Source of the DNA: the human T2T-CHM13v2.0 reference genome, Homo sapiens
Strand: one strand, 5' to 3'
Length of the DNA stretch: 64,000 bases
Assembly: GCF_009914755.1 (NCBI RefSeq)
Contig: NC_060931.1
In this document: positions 43,204-63,516 of the stretch, one piece after another
How the letters are laid out: every line of letters starts with the position of its first letter
Numbering within the stretch: position 1 is the stretch's first letter
The notes under the pieces: generated by a model
Databases searched by the model: none
What the model saw: the letters and a program-made list of their open reading frames with translations, nothing else
What the model was told of the DNA's origin: nothing
Position numbers and translations under genes: made by a program

Positions 43204-45422
43204 GGTTCCCAGGCCACATTCTGCAGGGACCCAGGTTGTAGGAGAGGCTAATAGACAGGACCCCTGTTCATATCACCTGAAGTCCGTCAGAACAAATTGT
43301 TTATGTATTAGGTCTGTAGGATTTCATGAAGGAGAGGTGGAGAAGGGGCAAATAATGCCATTATAGGACCATCTCTTGAATGGAGGTGGTAATGTTTCCG
43401 ACACGAAAAGGACCCTAAGCAGCCGCCTGAGGAAACAACCAACAGCCGTGCATCCCAAGGGCCAAGGGAACAGGCCTCCACGCCGTCTTCAGGAGCTCCT
43501 GTTACCAGTCAGTTTCAGAGCTATCATCCATGAAGGCAGACTAGGAAAACCCTCTCTCCCTCCTTCCCTCTATTTAAGTCATCTGGTGGCGCAAAGGAGA
43601 AATCTACCACTTTGAGATCAGCAACTATTTAAAGAGCTTGTGTGGTACAAAGAGCAAGACAAGCTATTATTTTACAGTCCTGGAACTCAGGAGAGCCTGC
43701 AGTAACCTGGCTCTTGGCTTATGGACAGATTTAGTTCCTAGAAAAAAAAAATTACAATCACTTGAGGCCATGAGTTTGAGAGCAGCCTGGGCAGCATAGT
43801 GAGAGCTCATCTCAAAAAAAAAAAAAAAAAAAAAATGCTGAGCCAGGCAGGGGGGCATGCCTGTTACTTGGGAGGCTGAGGCAAGAGGATGGCTTGAGCC
43901 CGGGAGTCGGAGGCTGCAGTGAGCTATGATTGTGCTGGTGAATAGCCACTGCACTCTGGCCTCAGAGACAGAGAGAGACCTTGTCTCTAGAAAACAAAAC
44001 AAAACAAAAAAAACTTGCATCTACTTCTCCAAACAGGTATTTGCCACCCTCTTTGAAATACTTGGTCACCTGTCTGGACAAGCACCCACCTCAACAACCC
44101 TCAACCACCTTGCTCTCCCACCAGTTAACCAAACAATAACCAAGTCTTCCTTGCTTTGTCTTCCTCTTTATGAATACCTCATATAGATTACGTTTCAGCT
44201 AAGCTTTGGAACGAGTTCGGACTGGCATAAGGAGACAGTGGGAGGAGAGGCAGGTGACAGAGAAACAGAGCGTCACATAGGGACAAACTTCCTGAACTCA
44301 AGTCTCGTCATGTCTAGGTCCCTGACTCTGCTGCCTGTCCAGGTCAATATCCAACAAAGATCTCAGAAAAACAGAATTTAATCTGAACATATCTACAACC
44401 ATTTAAAACATACACGGTCTCAGCACATTCCGCTTAATCTTTTGCACTAATAGAGGAAAGCAGAGAACGACCATCTCAAACCGTCTGTGTGTCAGAGCTA
44501 GACGCTGATGTCCTCTGGAAGGTTAATCTTACTAAATCCTATTTGGTTCAGGCTGATATTAAACTCTGCTTCACCCCCCTAGTACATCTAAGGCTCAGGG
44601 GCAGTTTAGACAAAAAGAGAAAGTGGGCTGAACCTGGTATTTGGCAACAGGGGAAAAATCACAAACAAACAAAAACTGACCTAATTGAATTTGTTTACTC
44701 TTCTAATTCCCTGACACAATCTGTAACATAATACAGTAAAGTCTCACAACTTTAGAATATTAATGAAAAAAGCTTTTAATATTTGTTTTAAAAGTAAAAT
44801 CATAATAAAATATTATTTATAACTAATAAAACAACCACATTCAGACCCTTATAAATCATTAACTACCACGAGACTCAGCACACATACACCCTGAACAAAG
44901 TCTGTCAGACATAAGGTTTATTTTATTTTATTTTATTTTTTGAGACGGTTTTTCGCCCTTTCGCCCAGGCTAGAGTGAAGTGTGATCTCGGCTCACCGCA
45001 ATCTCCCCCACCACCCTGGGCTCAAGTGATTCTCCTGCCTCAGCCTCCCAAGTAGTTGGGATTACAGGTACCCATCACCATGCCTGGCTAATTTTGGTGT
45101 TTTTAGTAGAGATGGGGTTTCGCCACGTTAGCCAGGCTGGTCTCAAACTCCCGACCTCAGGTGATCCACCCGCCTCGGCCTCCCAAAGTGCTAGGATTAC
45201 AGGCGTGGGCTACTGCGACCAGCCGAGACATAAGGCTTAAACGTGTTTGCCCTTAATAGAGCATCTCGTTGGAAATAAGACGGCCCAGTGGAAAAGTCTA
45301 GCTCCACAGAACGAAACATACTCAGGGCGGGTCAGTTCCTCAACACCATTCTTCTGGCCCTGGCAGCCCAGGACGATTCTCTCTAAACCCAAGATTCATC
45401 TTTCCAGAAACCCACATTCTTA

Positions 45423-45584
<162 letters not shown>

Positions 45585-46342
45585 TCATCATTTTCACATG
45601 GCAGAACAGCACACTTTACGTGATGAAAATGACCACTATGGGCCACTTCACTAGCACTTTATTTTGAGAGATCTAAAGCATTTCAATGAATCCATTCACC
45701 TTCACACCTGGAATATTCCCCTTGCAGATAGAGAAATATCTGTCCAGTGTTTCCAAATGTTCGACACGGGGTAGACACTGGAAACTCTCTGTATTCCTTA
45801 TTCTGAGTAGTCCCTTGTACCATACGTAACCAATCTTTTAAACAAGAAGTACGCATGAAACATTATAAAGGCACCCCTTGTCTTGAACTCTGTCCCATGG
45901 GGGTCGTTTTCACCTGGGCCTGCATGAAAACTATGGCAGGCCTCATGACTTTACCAGTCACTCGGTGGTACTCAAAAGTCCTTGGGTCACTTTAAGTCAC
46001 AAACAGTATTCAACCGGTAATTTTATATTTTGAGTCCTAGAAAATTATCTGAGCTCTCTTGCTCCTATCTCTTAAAAAAGAAAAAAGAAGTTCCTCACCA
46101 TCGCTACCTGACTTTCATCCCTTCCATGTGGGCAATTTACTCAACAGGCTCTGGGTTACCCACTTTGAACTCACTCTCGGTCTCTCTCGCCTTCCCTTTG
46201 GAGTGAGGCAGCTGCGGTCTTCAGGCCTCTGCTGAAACCCTGGAGGAGTCCCTGTTATATTCCTGCTCCAGATCACCTTTCACATCCTCACGCCCCTGCC
46301 TCCTTTCTTATACACACCCCAGTGACCAGTTTATAGGAGTGA

Positions 46343-46818
<476 letters not shown>

Positions 46819-47037
46819 TGATCCGCCCGCCTCGGCCTCCCAAAGTGCTGGGGTTACAGGCATGAGCCGCCGCGCCTGGCCTCACTCTACTTTTAAATGT
46901 CCAAAAGAGGAAGGGAGACCATGTGAACCCAAGCTGAACTTATCCATCCTAGTACCCGCACACAATGCTGTCTCATGGCCCTTTGTCCATTTTTATGCAA
47001 CAGGATTTTCCCCCGATGACGTACAAAGCAATGGGAT

Positions 47038-47039
<2 letters not shown>

Positions 47040-47081
<42 letters not shown>
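47040..47081 (+). repeat. (GT)21 microsatellite
   Basis: Direct reading. Confidence 0.95.
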
Positions 47082-47083
<2 letters not shown>

Positions 47084-47564
47084 CTATCCTTTGATATTCA
47101 AAGACAGCCAGGACAATGTTGGGAAGGGACTTTATTAACTTGTATTGCCTCTTCCAGCTGCATAACCCCGAAATGAGGTTATGAAAACTTCAAACTGTAT
47201 CAAGACAATTAATCTTCACACTAGGGTGTGTGAAAACCAACCAACTCCAAATAATGCTTTTGAATGGAAAAAAAGTTGGATAAGCCACGCATTCACTGTG
47301 CAATGCTCAGTGCTTATTCCAGACTAAGTGAGGACTTCAGTCTTAATGAAAGCAGTTAGCACACGAACTATTTTGGTGAATCTGAGTTCTCTGCCTTAAA
47401 ACAGAAGAGTTATTTGGGAAATCCAAATAAATGTTTGTTTAGATCCAGCACTGAGTAAATGAACCTTCAAAATACGTTCAGTTCATGTCAACATTCTGGG
47501 GATGGCTCATGGTTACCATCTGTGATAACAAAATGGTGCCCAACAGTAATGCACCTGTTTCTGA

Positions 47565-47983
<419 letters not shown>

Positions 47984-48294
47984 TGAACTCATGAGAAGGG
48001 GCATGGCCGTAGAAGCATGACATTAACTACGACATCTGATGGGTGCAATCCCCAACAGACAACCTCTGCACTGAAGGGCAGCTGGCCTTGTGGAACTAGT
48101 CACAGGGCTTCATCCAGAGGAATCAGGACCTATAGAAATGGGTCTTTTTTAGTGAAAATCTACCCTCAGATAATATGATCAGGTTAATCACTGGGAGAGG
48201 CCAGGGGGAAAAAGCTACTGTTATTTGTGTCATCAAAGAATTACTCACTGAGTTATTTTTATATCCAGCCCCAATAGGATTTGTATACCTTTTA

Positions 48295-48648
<354 letters not shown>

Positions 48649-49415
48649 TTAAGTTGATAATGAGGCTAAAAGAAATGGAAGAAATCAGAGTGGCAATAAA
48701 GTGCAACTGTTGGGATGAACTGTCTCTGGAAGAGGAGCAAAAAATGAAAACAGCAGCTCCCGCCAGCTTTGGAAGCTCACAGAAGAGCATGAGTTTGATT
48801 CGTGCTTTTCCAGAAACTGTCTGCCCATGTGAATACAGGGCTTTGTCTTCTGATTCTATTTCAATTATTATTCTTGTTAATTTAGCTAGAGTTCACTCTT
48901 TGAATAAAAGATTATTAAGTATTAAGGTGCCATATAGAACATTCTACAGCTGCAAGCCTAACAATTTGAAGGGTTATTTTTTTTTCTTTCTTCATAGCCA
49001 ATGTACAAGACAATCTTCAATCCCTCTGCAATTATCCCTTTCATGTATTACCCCAACAAGAATGGTTGGAGCCACACTATAGCCCTCAGTGCTTGCACCT
49101 TCATTTAATAAGACACTTTTGAGATGTAAAGGATGTAACACCCTCCACTGGATGCCAAGATGGCTCAGTTTTACAAATAACTACTCTTTGCAACACTCAA
49201 GAGTAGGAGAGAGGCCAGGTGCGGTGGCTCACACCTGTAATCCCAGCATTTTGCGAGGCCAAAGCAGGTAGATTGCTTGAGGTCATGAGTTCGAGAGCAG
49301 CCTGGCCAACATGGTGAAATCCTGTCTCTACTAAAAATACAAAAATTAGCCAGGCGTGGTGGCGTGCACCTGTAGTCCCAGCCACTCAGGAGGCTGAGTC
49401 AGGAAAATCGTTTTA

Positions 49416-49832
<417 letters not shown>

Positions 49833-50835
49833 TCAAGGGAACGTTAGGACTTAATTATTCTCTCAAAGCACAAAAGCACAAAATGTTCTATCTTTTTTTT
49901 TTTTGCACTACTGGCAAACAACGGCACCCCCCACCCCCCCAGCAAACAGCAATCCTGTATGGATGCATAGAAAAGAAAATTGAAAGGAAATACTGGAAAG
50001 TGCTTTTGCACAAAAGAGTCAGAGAGAACCACGGTCTAGAAGTAACGTCTAAAGCAAAGGTCATGCCCACACAGAGAGGGTGGTGATCTGACTACAGCTT
50101 CGCATGCAGACCTAGCTCAGAGTTGCACATTTAAAGGCAAGAGGATATATAATGGGGACTTGGAAGCTTTTTCCTAAGAATGCTCTAAGATAGGGGTCTG
50201 CACAGTGTGGCCCAACAGGCCAATGGAGACTATCATCTGATTCTGTACAGCCTGGAAGTTAAGAATGGTTTCTCTTTTTTTTTTTTTTTTTTTTTTGAGA
50301 TGGAGTCTTACTCTGTCACCCAGGCTGGAGTGCAGCGATACAATCTTGGCTCACTGCCACCTCTGCCTCCAGGTCCAAGGGATTCCCCTGCCCCAGCCTC
50401 CTAAGTAGCTGGGATTACAGGTGCCCGACACCATGCCTGGCTAATTTTTGTATTTTTAGTAGAGATGGGCTTTCACCATGTTGGCCAGGCTGGTCTTGAA
50501 CTCCTGACCTCAGGTGATCCACCTGTCGGCCTTCCAAAGCGCTGGGATTACAGGTGTGAGACACCGCACCTGGCCTCCAGTCTTTTTTTGAACCCTCAAA
50601 TATTTCTGGGGCCAGAGGAGCACTTACCTTGGAGAGACTCTGCTCAGGAGAAACGGAGGTGCTGCCATTTCCAGCCAACCAGCTTGTCTTGGCTCAAGCC
50701 CAGATGCCCAGGGAAGTACCCCTCATAGGAAGAAAACTTGCACAGAGAGATGCAGTTCCCAAACCAGTGGCTCTGTCACCATTCATCATCAGTGTGATCA
50801 GACAGAGCAGGCAGAGAGTGCATCAAGAAACTTAC

Positions 50836-50954
50836 ATGTGATTGAAAAGGCTGAGGATGACACCAAAAACCATCTGGACAATTCCCAGGATCACCGACAT
50901 CTTCATTTTATACGAGTTCAGAAATGTGAGTTTGTTTGAAGCCAAGTTCCAAAT
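50836..50954 (-). CDS. ATP6V0A4: ATP6V0A4 coding exon (119 nt), [39 protein letters not shown]
   Basis: Contains the conserved FLNSYKMK motif. CAG acceptor, GTAAGT donor. Confidence 0.97.
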
Positions 50955-51312
50955 CTGGATGGGAAATGGGACAAAAAACCAAGTGAGAGAGAGTCTTAGA
51001 AGTTCTACTGGAGTTGAGGGCTACAGCACAACTTTCCCTGAGCAAACCGCTCTGGGAACTGCACTTTCATATTTCAGTCCAGCTCAATGCATACATTTTA
51101 GAGTCCAAAAAGGAAAAAAGGATGAAACCCTTTATAAATGCAACTTTAATGACAAAAGTAACAGGATCATTAGTGCTATTATCAAATTGCTGGAAGGAAA
51201 CAGGGGAGAAAAATCCTACGTGAAAAGATAATCTGGGAGGCCGAGGCAGGTGTATCACTTGAGCTCAGGAGTTCGAGACCGGTCTGGTCAACCTGGTGAA
51301 ACCCTGTCTCTA

Positions 51313-51516
<204 letters not shown>

Positions 51517-53142
51517 TTACGGCAAGATCTCAAACTTGCCTCAGTTTCCTTAATCATGGCCTATAGCTCATTGGCCCATGAATGTATCCAATCCTTTTTA
51601 ATAACACCACCTCTTACTCTGAAAGTCTGTAGTGCTTCGCATTACAAAGCATTTCCCCAGACCTTTCTCAAGAAGCCGTTCCTGTAGCCAATCTTTGCAA
51701 GCACGATGCGTAAGACACAGTCCCTGCCTTCTACATGGCCCATTTTAAACAGCACTGCCAGGTGGGGATCATGTGTACCTGTCCTGCCCCAAATGATATC
51801 GATGATACTGACATGAGGAAAAGCACACTGGGTGGTCGTGCAGGGGGCTGGTGGGTGGAGGGGTTAGTTAGGGTCTCACACTGGCTAAGGACCAGAGTCA
51901 CTAATATTCGTCTTCCCCATTTAAATCTCGGCAGCCCCATGGTCTCCACTCCCACTCTGTGGAAAGGATTCCAAGTCCTTGCTCCTTCCCCTGTCCCCAC
52001 CTGTACTTGAGGTACATCCCAAATTGTTTTCAGGTTTGCTCTGGGACATGTCAAAGGCGACAAGGGCACAATGGCTTTCTCACCTTTTCTGCTAAATGAC
52101 TTCCTCCTCCAAACTTCTTTGCTTCTGTTAAGGGGCCAACATCCAACCAGACACAACCTCAGACACAATCATCTCGCTCCCTCCATCACACACACACACG
52201 TGCTCACACAGTCAGGTGCTAATTTGCACTGATCCTTCCTTTGCAATGTCCTGAGCCAGGCCAGAGGGGCACCCACTGAGGAGCCGGCTGCTGGGAAGCG
52301 GGGAGAAGGGACTTCAATAACAGGTGCCCAGACCCCAGAGATGCCTCCTCTACCCTCACATGGGCTTTGGCATCTAAGTGGCACCAAGCCTGCCCCAGCC
52401 CTCGGCATTCCCCTTGCTCACCTGTTTGGACAGTTCCCACAGGCACACTCAATGCAGTGAGGGCGGGTCTGCTAGTACACTTTAGACCCAGCCAAATCTG
52501 ACACATTAAAAATGTTGGCCAGGTGCAGTGGCTCACGCTTGTAATCCTACCATTTTGGGAGGCTGGTAACAAAGTGAGACCCCGTCTCTACAAAAGCTTT
52601 TTTAAAAAATTAGCCCAGCATGGCATGGTGGCTTATGCCTGTAATCCCAGCTACTCAGGAGGCAGAGGCAGAAGAATCACTTGAACCCAGGAGGTGGAGG
52701 CTGTGGCGAGCCGAGATCGCACAATTGCACTCCAGCCTGGGCAACAAAAGTGAAACTCCATCTCAAAACAAACAAACAAACAAACAAAAATTAGCCCAGC
52801 ATGGCATGGCACGTGCCTGTAGTCCCAGCTGCTTGGAAGGCTGAAGCAGGGAGATTGAGGCCCAGGAGGTCGAGGCTGCATTGAGCCATGATCATGCCAC
52901 TACATTACAGCCTGGGCAAGAGAGCAAGACTCTGTCTCTAAATAAATAAATAAATAAAAAGAAAATTTTAAAATGTTAATAGTTAAGTACCAAGTACATA
53001 CTAAGCAATTTAGATGTGTTTATCTCATTTAGTTCTACTGAAAACTCTATGAGATATAGTTATTCTCATTTTACAGATAAGGTAATTTATCATAACCTCA
53101 GGAAGATTAAGTTACTTACATACCTAGGAAGAAATAACATAA

Positions 53143-53591
<449 letters not shown>

Positions 53592-53850
53592 TAGGTGAAG
53601 AAACAGACATAGAGATGTTAACGTGCTCAAACTCACAGAGCAAGTAAATAGAAAAGCAAAGATTTAAACACAGGCAATCTGATTCCTGCGTTAAGAGCCC
53701 AGGCTATGATGAAGGCCAAATATTTTGTGATTTGATTCACAAATAGATGCCAAACGCAGTCAGTAAATGCACTGTAGAAATTTGTGTTATGTAAAAAGTA
53801 AGCCCTTATTAATATATATATATGATACAAACTAACATAGGCACAGACAT

Positions 53851-54474
<624 letters not shown>

Positions 54475-54503
54475 TGAGATGGGCTCTCACTCTGGTTGCC
54501 TAG

Positions 54504-54795
<292 letters not shown>

Positions 54796-55600
54796 TAGAT
54801 TTTTTTAAATCATATATATGTATTATTTTAGGATAGAAAGACCAGAAATTTTCAAAATTCTAAATGTTACTAGGAACAGATTTCATTATTTTCAATATCC
54901 CACATTCTCTTTCACCCTGACATATTTTCTTTCTTTTCTAACTTGTGGGCAGATGACAAAATTGCATCAGAGTAGAAACTCAGGATCACTCAGTTCTGCA
55001 ATGTGAAATACCGTAGCTCCACTCTGTCTGAGGAGCAGAAATGGACAGGCAGGATTTGCTGATGAATTAACTGTGGGCTGTGGAGGGGAGAGACGAGACC
55101 ATTGGAGCAATGAGATTCCAAACAAAGGAAGATCAACCAGACCCTAAGATCATCCCCGTCTAGATTCCTTCTCCACCTGCTTACTAAACATGAAATTCCT
55201 TTGACCAAGGACAACGTCTTGCAGGCCACAAAAATTCAAATTAGTTTTTAGCACTTTGCAACTTACACACCAGCCTTCAAGGACTTTACCACTTTTGATA
55301 AAACTTAGAATGCAAGTGTCCCTGGGTGGCAAGTATAAACAAATCCTGGGCAAAATTCATGTTTTTATAAGGGCAGGGAGGCGGGCGATAGCGGAATGAC
55401 ACAGGAAAACTTAAGAGGAGGTGACCTGTAAGATGGGAGAGACTGGAAACCAGTTTTAGGGCTAGTACTATTTACTCCTAATTGTCAGCAACGAAAACGG
55501 AGGTCTCAGGTTCTCTCCCATAAAGAAAGAGCTTAGAAGAAACATGGACAGCATTTGCCAGGTTCAATTTCAGACTACTCACGCTCATTTGGAGCACAAG

Positions 55601-55620
55601 GCCGCCACCTGGTGGCAGCA
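55601..55620 (-). promoter_or_regulatory. Candidate CTCF site (TGCTGCCACCAGGTGGCGGC)
   Basis: Matches the CTCF core CCASYAGRKGGCR in non-repeat sequence. Confidence 0.65.
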
Positions 55621-56191
55621 TGCACTGGGCCAATAGAAATGAACAGCTTTACATGAACGGGCATGTGTTGTATCTCCTCAAAACCGCTTTATATCTACAG
55701 GCTGCGAGGAAGTATCGTTTTGCTTAGCTCAAATCTAGCTGACTGAGATAGATATAACAAACATAAAATGAAGCAAATACCTTTTTTAAAAAGCGTCAAT
55801 TCTATGCAGTAAAACAAAGCAAACATAAAAGTAAATCCACACTTTTTTAGAAAAAAGGGAAATGTTTCCCACTGCAAGAAAATACAAAGCAGGGAACTTA
55901 AACTTGATTAGGACGCTAAATAGCTCATGTAATATGCATACTCCCCAGGCAACCAAGTGCCTTTTAAAGAAGCAGTTATTAACCACCAGGGATATGATTG
56001 ATGGAGAAAGAGGCAGACGTTTGGGGGACTGTATGGAAAATGGGGCTGGGTAGAAGGTGTAGACAGAACTTTTACTTGACTCTGGCTCTATGTGTCACAA
56101 AAACGTCAGCAGAAGTTATTTTATCTCAACACAAGTTTGTTGATTTGACAGGCTTTGTTGGCCTTTTCTTCTCTCTCCAGAGGTCTCCTCA

Positions 56192-56332
<141 letters not shown>

Positions 56333-57028
56333 TTAGAGGGAGAAAAGGAGAAAAACAAACAATGATCAACCGGGGCAGAAAAGATACTATAATACCACCA
56401 GTCACGAACTTGCCCATCAAAGTCCAACTACTGGTGCAATTCATCACTTTGGTTGGTTCAATATCTACTACACATCAAGTATTGTCCTAAACACTGAGGC
56501 TACAATCTGAGTTTGCAAAGAGATCTCAGCCTGATGTGCTATAGTAAAGAAACTCAGGGCCGGGAGCAGTGGCTTACATTCATAATCCCAGCACTTTGGG
56601 AGCCTGAGGTGGGAGGATCCCTTAAGTCCAGGAGTTTGAGACCAGCTGGTTGTGGTGGCACATGCCTTTAGTTCCAGCTACTTGGGAGGCTGAGGCAGGA
56701 GGACTGCCTTGAGCCTGGGAGGTCAAGGCTGCAGTGAGCCATGATTGTACCACTGCACTCCAGCCTGGGCAACAGAGTGAGACTCTGTTGAAAGGAAAAA
56801 AAAAAAAAAGGGAGAAGGGGGAGAGGGGACAGAAGGGGAAAGGGAAGGAAAAGGAAGGGAGATCAGGATTTGTACCACATCAGAAATGAGGTAGAAAGCA
56901 GGGATGCTGGGAGCACACAGGAAAGAAACCCCAGCCCAGGGACATGCTTGGGAAGTCTCCCCAGGGAACACTGGGGCTGCTTCTGAAGGATGGATTGTTT
57001 TTTCACATATACACCTCAACTGCTATGA

Positions 57029-57475
<447 letters not shown>

Positions 57476-57502
57476 TGAGAATGTTGAGTTGATTTTTTTT
57501 TA

Positions 57503-57673
<171 letters not shown>

Positions 57674-58837
57674 CTACTAAAAATACAAAAATTAGTTGGG
57701 CGTGGTGCCACATGACTGTAATCCCAGCTACTCAGGAGGCTGTGGCAGAAGAATTACTTGAAACCAGGAGGCGGAGGTTGCAGTGAGCCAAGATTGCACC
57801 ACTGCACTCCAGCCTGGGCAACAGAGCAAGACTCCGTCTACAAAAAATAAATTAAATTAAATTAAAAAATAATGAAATGTGAAGAGCAGACAGCAGACAG
57901 TCTTGACAGGCTGCCCAGAAATACACTCCCTCCCTTCTGCAGTGAGGTGCTGAGGGCCTTAGGTAGCAGCTGAGGGAATCGGGAAGCCTGGCCTACTGTC
58001 CTGGCCCTCAATGTGCAGTGGCAGCAGCTGACCGTGACTCGCTTGCCCAGACGTGACCCCCATCCTAATGGCATGACTCAGTGCAAATGGCTGGATTTCC
58101 ATAGCAGAGAAGTGTTTGTGTGTTCATAAAGGGAAAAGTCACCCCTGACAGGAAGGAACTGGCCTGGCACCCATAGCTAAGCCATCGTGTCTCCTGCTGA
58201 GCATAAGCAACTTCATAGAACAGCAACATCAGGCAAGGCCACCTGGCGACTATGATAGAGTGAGAAAAAACAAGATCATTCCACAATCATACCTCGATAC
58301 AGGCAAAAAGAAGGACACGGTCCAAACCACAAAAATGACCCAACATCCCCGCCTCCTAACAAAGGCTAAATCCTCTAAGCCCTTTCTAATACCCTCTTAA
58401 TAGAGATGGTTTTCCCAATGATGCACCATTTCCCTTGTTGAGTCAATACGCCCAACTCCAGTGACTACAGGAATGTTTTCAGTGGTCTTTCAACCATCAA
58501 GGAAGCAGGTCCAAGACCCAGGTCGCAGCTGGTGACCAGAATCAGCTCACTGTGTACTTCAGCTGTCGTTTTCTTCTGCCACAGTGATAATGAGGTTCTG
58601 CCTTATACTCCTGACCCTTCACATATGGCTGAGCATTGCTCCAATTCAAGACCAAAGAGTCTTGAATTGGGGAAGAAGACATTTGCAGGTGCATAAGAGA
58701 ACAGCATTCATACCCATGTCTGCAGAGTGGTAACAAGACAGTTAATTCGGGCCTTTCACAATCATACTCTATGGGAAATGGAATTTCATGTTGGTAGGCT
58801 GGCGAAATTATGCAGATTGAACAAGTTTCAAAACTCA

Positions 58838-58975
<138 letters not shown>

Positions 58976-58978
58976 TCA

Positions 58979-59176
<198 letters not shown>

Positions 59177-59186
59177 TTAAATCTAA

Positions 59187-59548
<362 letters not shown>

Positions 59549-59937
59549 TGAAAGTTTTGTTCTTTTGGGCATCTCTTTAGAATACTAATTGCAAAGCAAA
59601 AAAAAAAAAAAAAATCACAGATATAGCTGTCTGTATGTCATTCCAGAAAACGTTTTATCCTTCATTTTTCTATATTTTTGTTTTTCTATATTTAAGGTGG
59701 GGAATCCCATCTCTACTTCAGGGAACTTAGGCCTAGCAGAGAAACAAGAAGAGACTGCGTTAGAATCTCCTTGCCCCACACTAAATATTTCTACAGTCTC
59801 TTGGAGCCTCTCTGTGCCAACATCAAGCCCTTTGAATGCCCTCAGGAAAGCTTTGTCAAAAGAAACCCAGGATTGGGCCGGGCGTGTGGCTCATGCCTGT
59901 AATCCTAGCACTTTGGGAGGCTGAGGCAGGTGGATCA

Positions 59938-60359
<422 letters not shown>

Positions 60360-60762
60360 TTACCTAGCTCAGTCTTCACTTTGGTCCTCTTTTCTCATTT
60401 GTTCAAAGGAAAGTTCCAGAATGAGACAGGGAAATCTTAAGCTGACCCAAAGGAGATGGGCAGAGACAGATGTTAGGAAACGTCACCATTGATATGTAGG
60501 TTTTACAAATTAGCCCTCACGCTACTGTGGGAATCTCAGGTACGTGATGCACGTAGCCTAAGATCACCCCCAAAATCAAGAGGCTGTCGCAATTTCTATT
60601 TGTTCACTTCACAGTCCCCTCTCCTCCAGAGTCCCCTGTTCTCCCCCAGTTCATTAAATGGACCTACCTCTCAAACTCTAAAATCTTTCTCCCCATAAAA
60701 GTCTCCATTCCTAAAAGGTTATGTTTCCATTCTGAAGTCTGCTTGTCTGATTAACTGCATAA

Positions 60763-61173
<411 letters not shown>

Positions 61174-61362
61174 TGATCCTCCCGCCTCGGCCTCCCAAAG
61201 TGTTGAGATTACAGGCGTAAGCCACCGTGCCCAGCCTCTCATTTGCTTTTGAGACAGCATCTTGCTGTGTTGCCCAGGCTGGAGTGCAATGGTGTGATTG
61301 TAGCTCATGCAGCTTTGACCTCCTTGGCCCAAGCCATCCTCCTGCCTCAGCCTCCCAAGTAG

Positions 61363-61690
<328 letters not shown>

Positions 61691-61820
61691 TGAGCCTGGC
61701 CTATTTGAATTTTCAAGTGCACCTCTGAGTAGACCTAGGTGTAGACTCCCCCAACCATGAAAACAGTCACTGAGGCCACCTGGATGGCCAGCGACTACAC
61801 CATCTCTGTCTGTCAACTCA

Positions 61821-61985
<165 letters not shown>

Positions 61986-62200
61986 TCAGAGAGACAGAGA
62001 GGATGATTGTCAGTGGGCTCTGAAGCAGACCCCAGAGGGAAGCGTTCTACAGGATATCTCCAGCATCACCGGTGCAGGCACCCTTGGGGGAGCCACATGA
62101 CCACAGCAGACATCAATCATCCAGACAGGAAGAGCACACACATCATGGTTTTTGGAACATATAGGTGCACCAAAAAGTCCTAGGCTGGTATTTGTTATCA

Positions 62201-62386
<186 letters not shown>

Positions 62387-62645
62387 TCACACCTGTAATC
62401 CCAACACTTTGGGAGGCCAACATGGGCAGATCACCTGGGGTCAGGAGTTCGAGACCAGCCTGACCAACATGGTGAAACCCCGTCTCTACTAAAATTAGCC
62501 AGATGTGGTGGTATGCACGTTAGTCGCAGTTACTCAGGAGGCTGAGGCAGGAGAATCACTTGAACCCGGGAGGCGGAGGTTGCAGTGAGCTGAGATTGCC
62601 CCACTGCCCTCCGGCCTGGGTGACAGAGCAAGACTCTGTCTCAAA

Positions 62646-62662
<17 letters not shown>

Positions 62663-62683
<21 letters not shown>

Positions 62684-62755
62684 ATATATTATAAATATAA
62701 ATAATATATATATTTATAACATAATATATATTTATAATATATATTATATATATAT
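62663..62755. repeat. AT-rich (TA)n-type tract extending an Alu tail
   Basis: Direct reading. Confidence 0.9.
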
Positions 62756-63223
62756 GCATGCCTCAGATTCTTCCATTGCACCTGCATTAGAAAATAAACT
62801 GAAGTGCAAGCAAGGCCTCATCTGCTTAGGAAGGGACTTGAAAGCAGGTGGCTGTTGTCTCAGGTGCTTCCAGGAAATAAGCACTGAACTGGCCTCCCAT
62901 GGCTGCTATATTTATGACAAGTCAGATATATACTCATTTTGCGTCTTGTCATTGTAAAGTTGATTCCCTGTCTGACTATGTCTGCTGAGAAGAATAAAGT
63001 GCTTTCTCATAATACTGAATAATGTGTGTCAATCATTCCAAGAAGTGCTGACGTGTAACTCTGAAACTCAAAATGTTTACCATACAAAATCATATCTTTA
63101 AGCTTGGCATGGAAAACTATATTGGTCACAGGTTGATTCTGCTCACTAACCTCGACATCGCTGACCTAGCTGTAATTAATTCAACCTGTAATAAAACATT
63201 GCAGATATTTTTTTTTTTTTTAA

Positions 63224-63516
<293 letters not shown>

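Noticed and set aside
50842-51231. + strand ORFs overlapping ATP6V0A4 exons (also 26215, 38479, 49581, 56257)
   Set aside because: Antisense shadows of real coding exons.
58170-58400. LTR-like fragments (also 62770-63050) and a MER58-like piece near 50190-50270
   Set aside because: They resemble old repeats, but I cannot assign family or boundaries reliably by eye.
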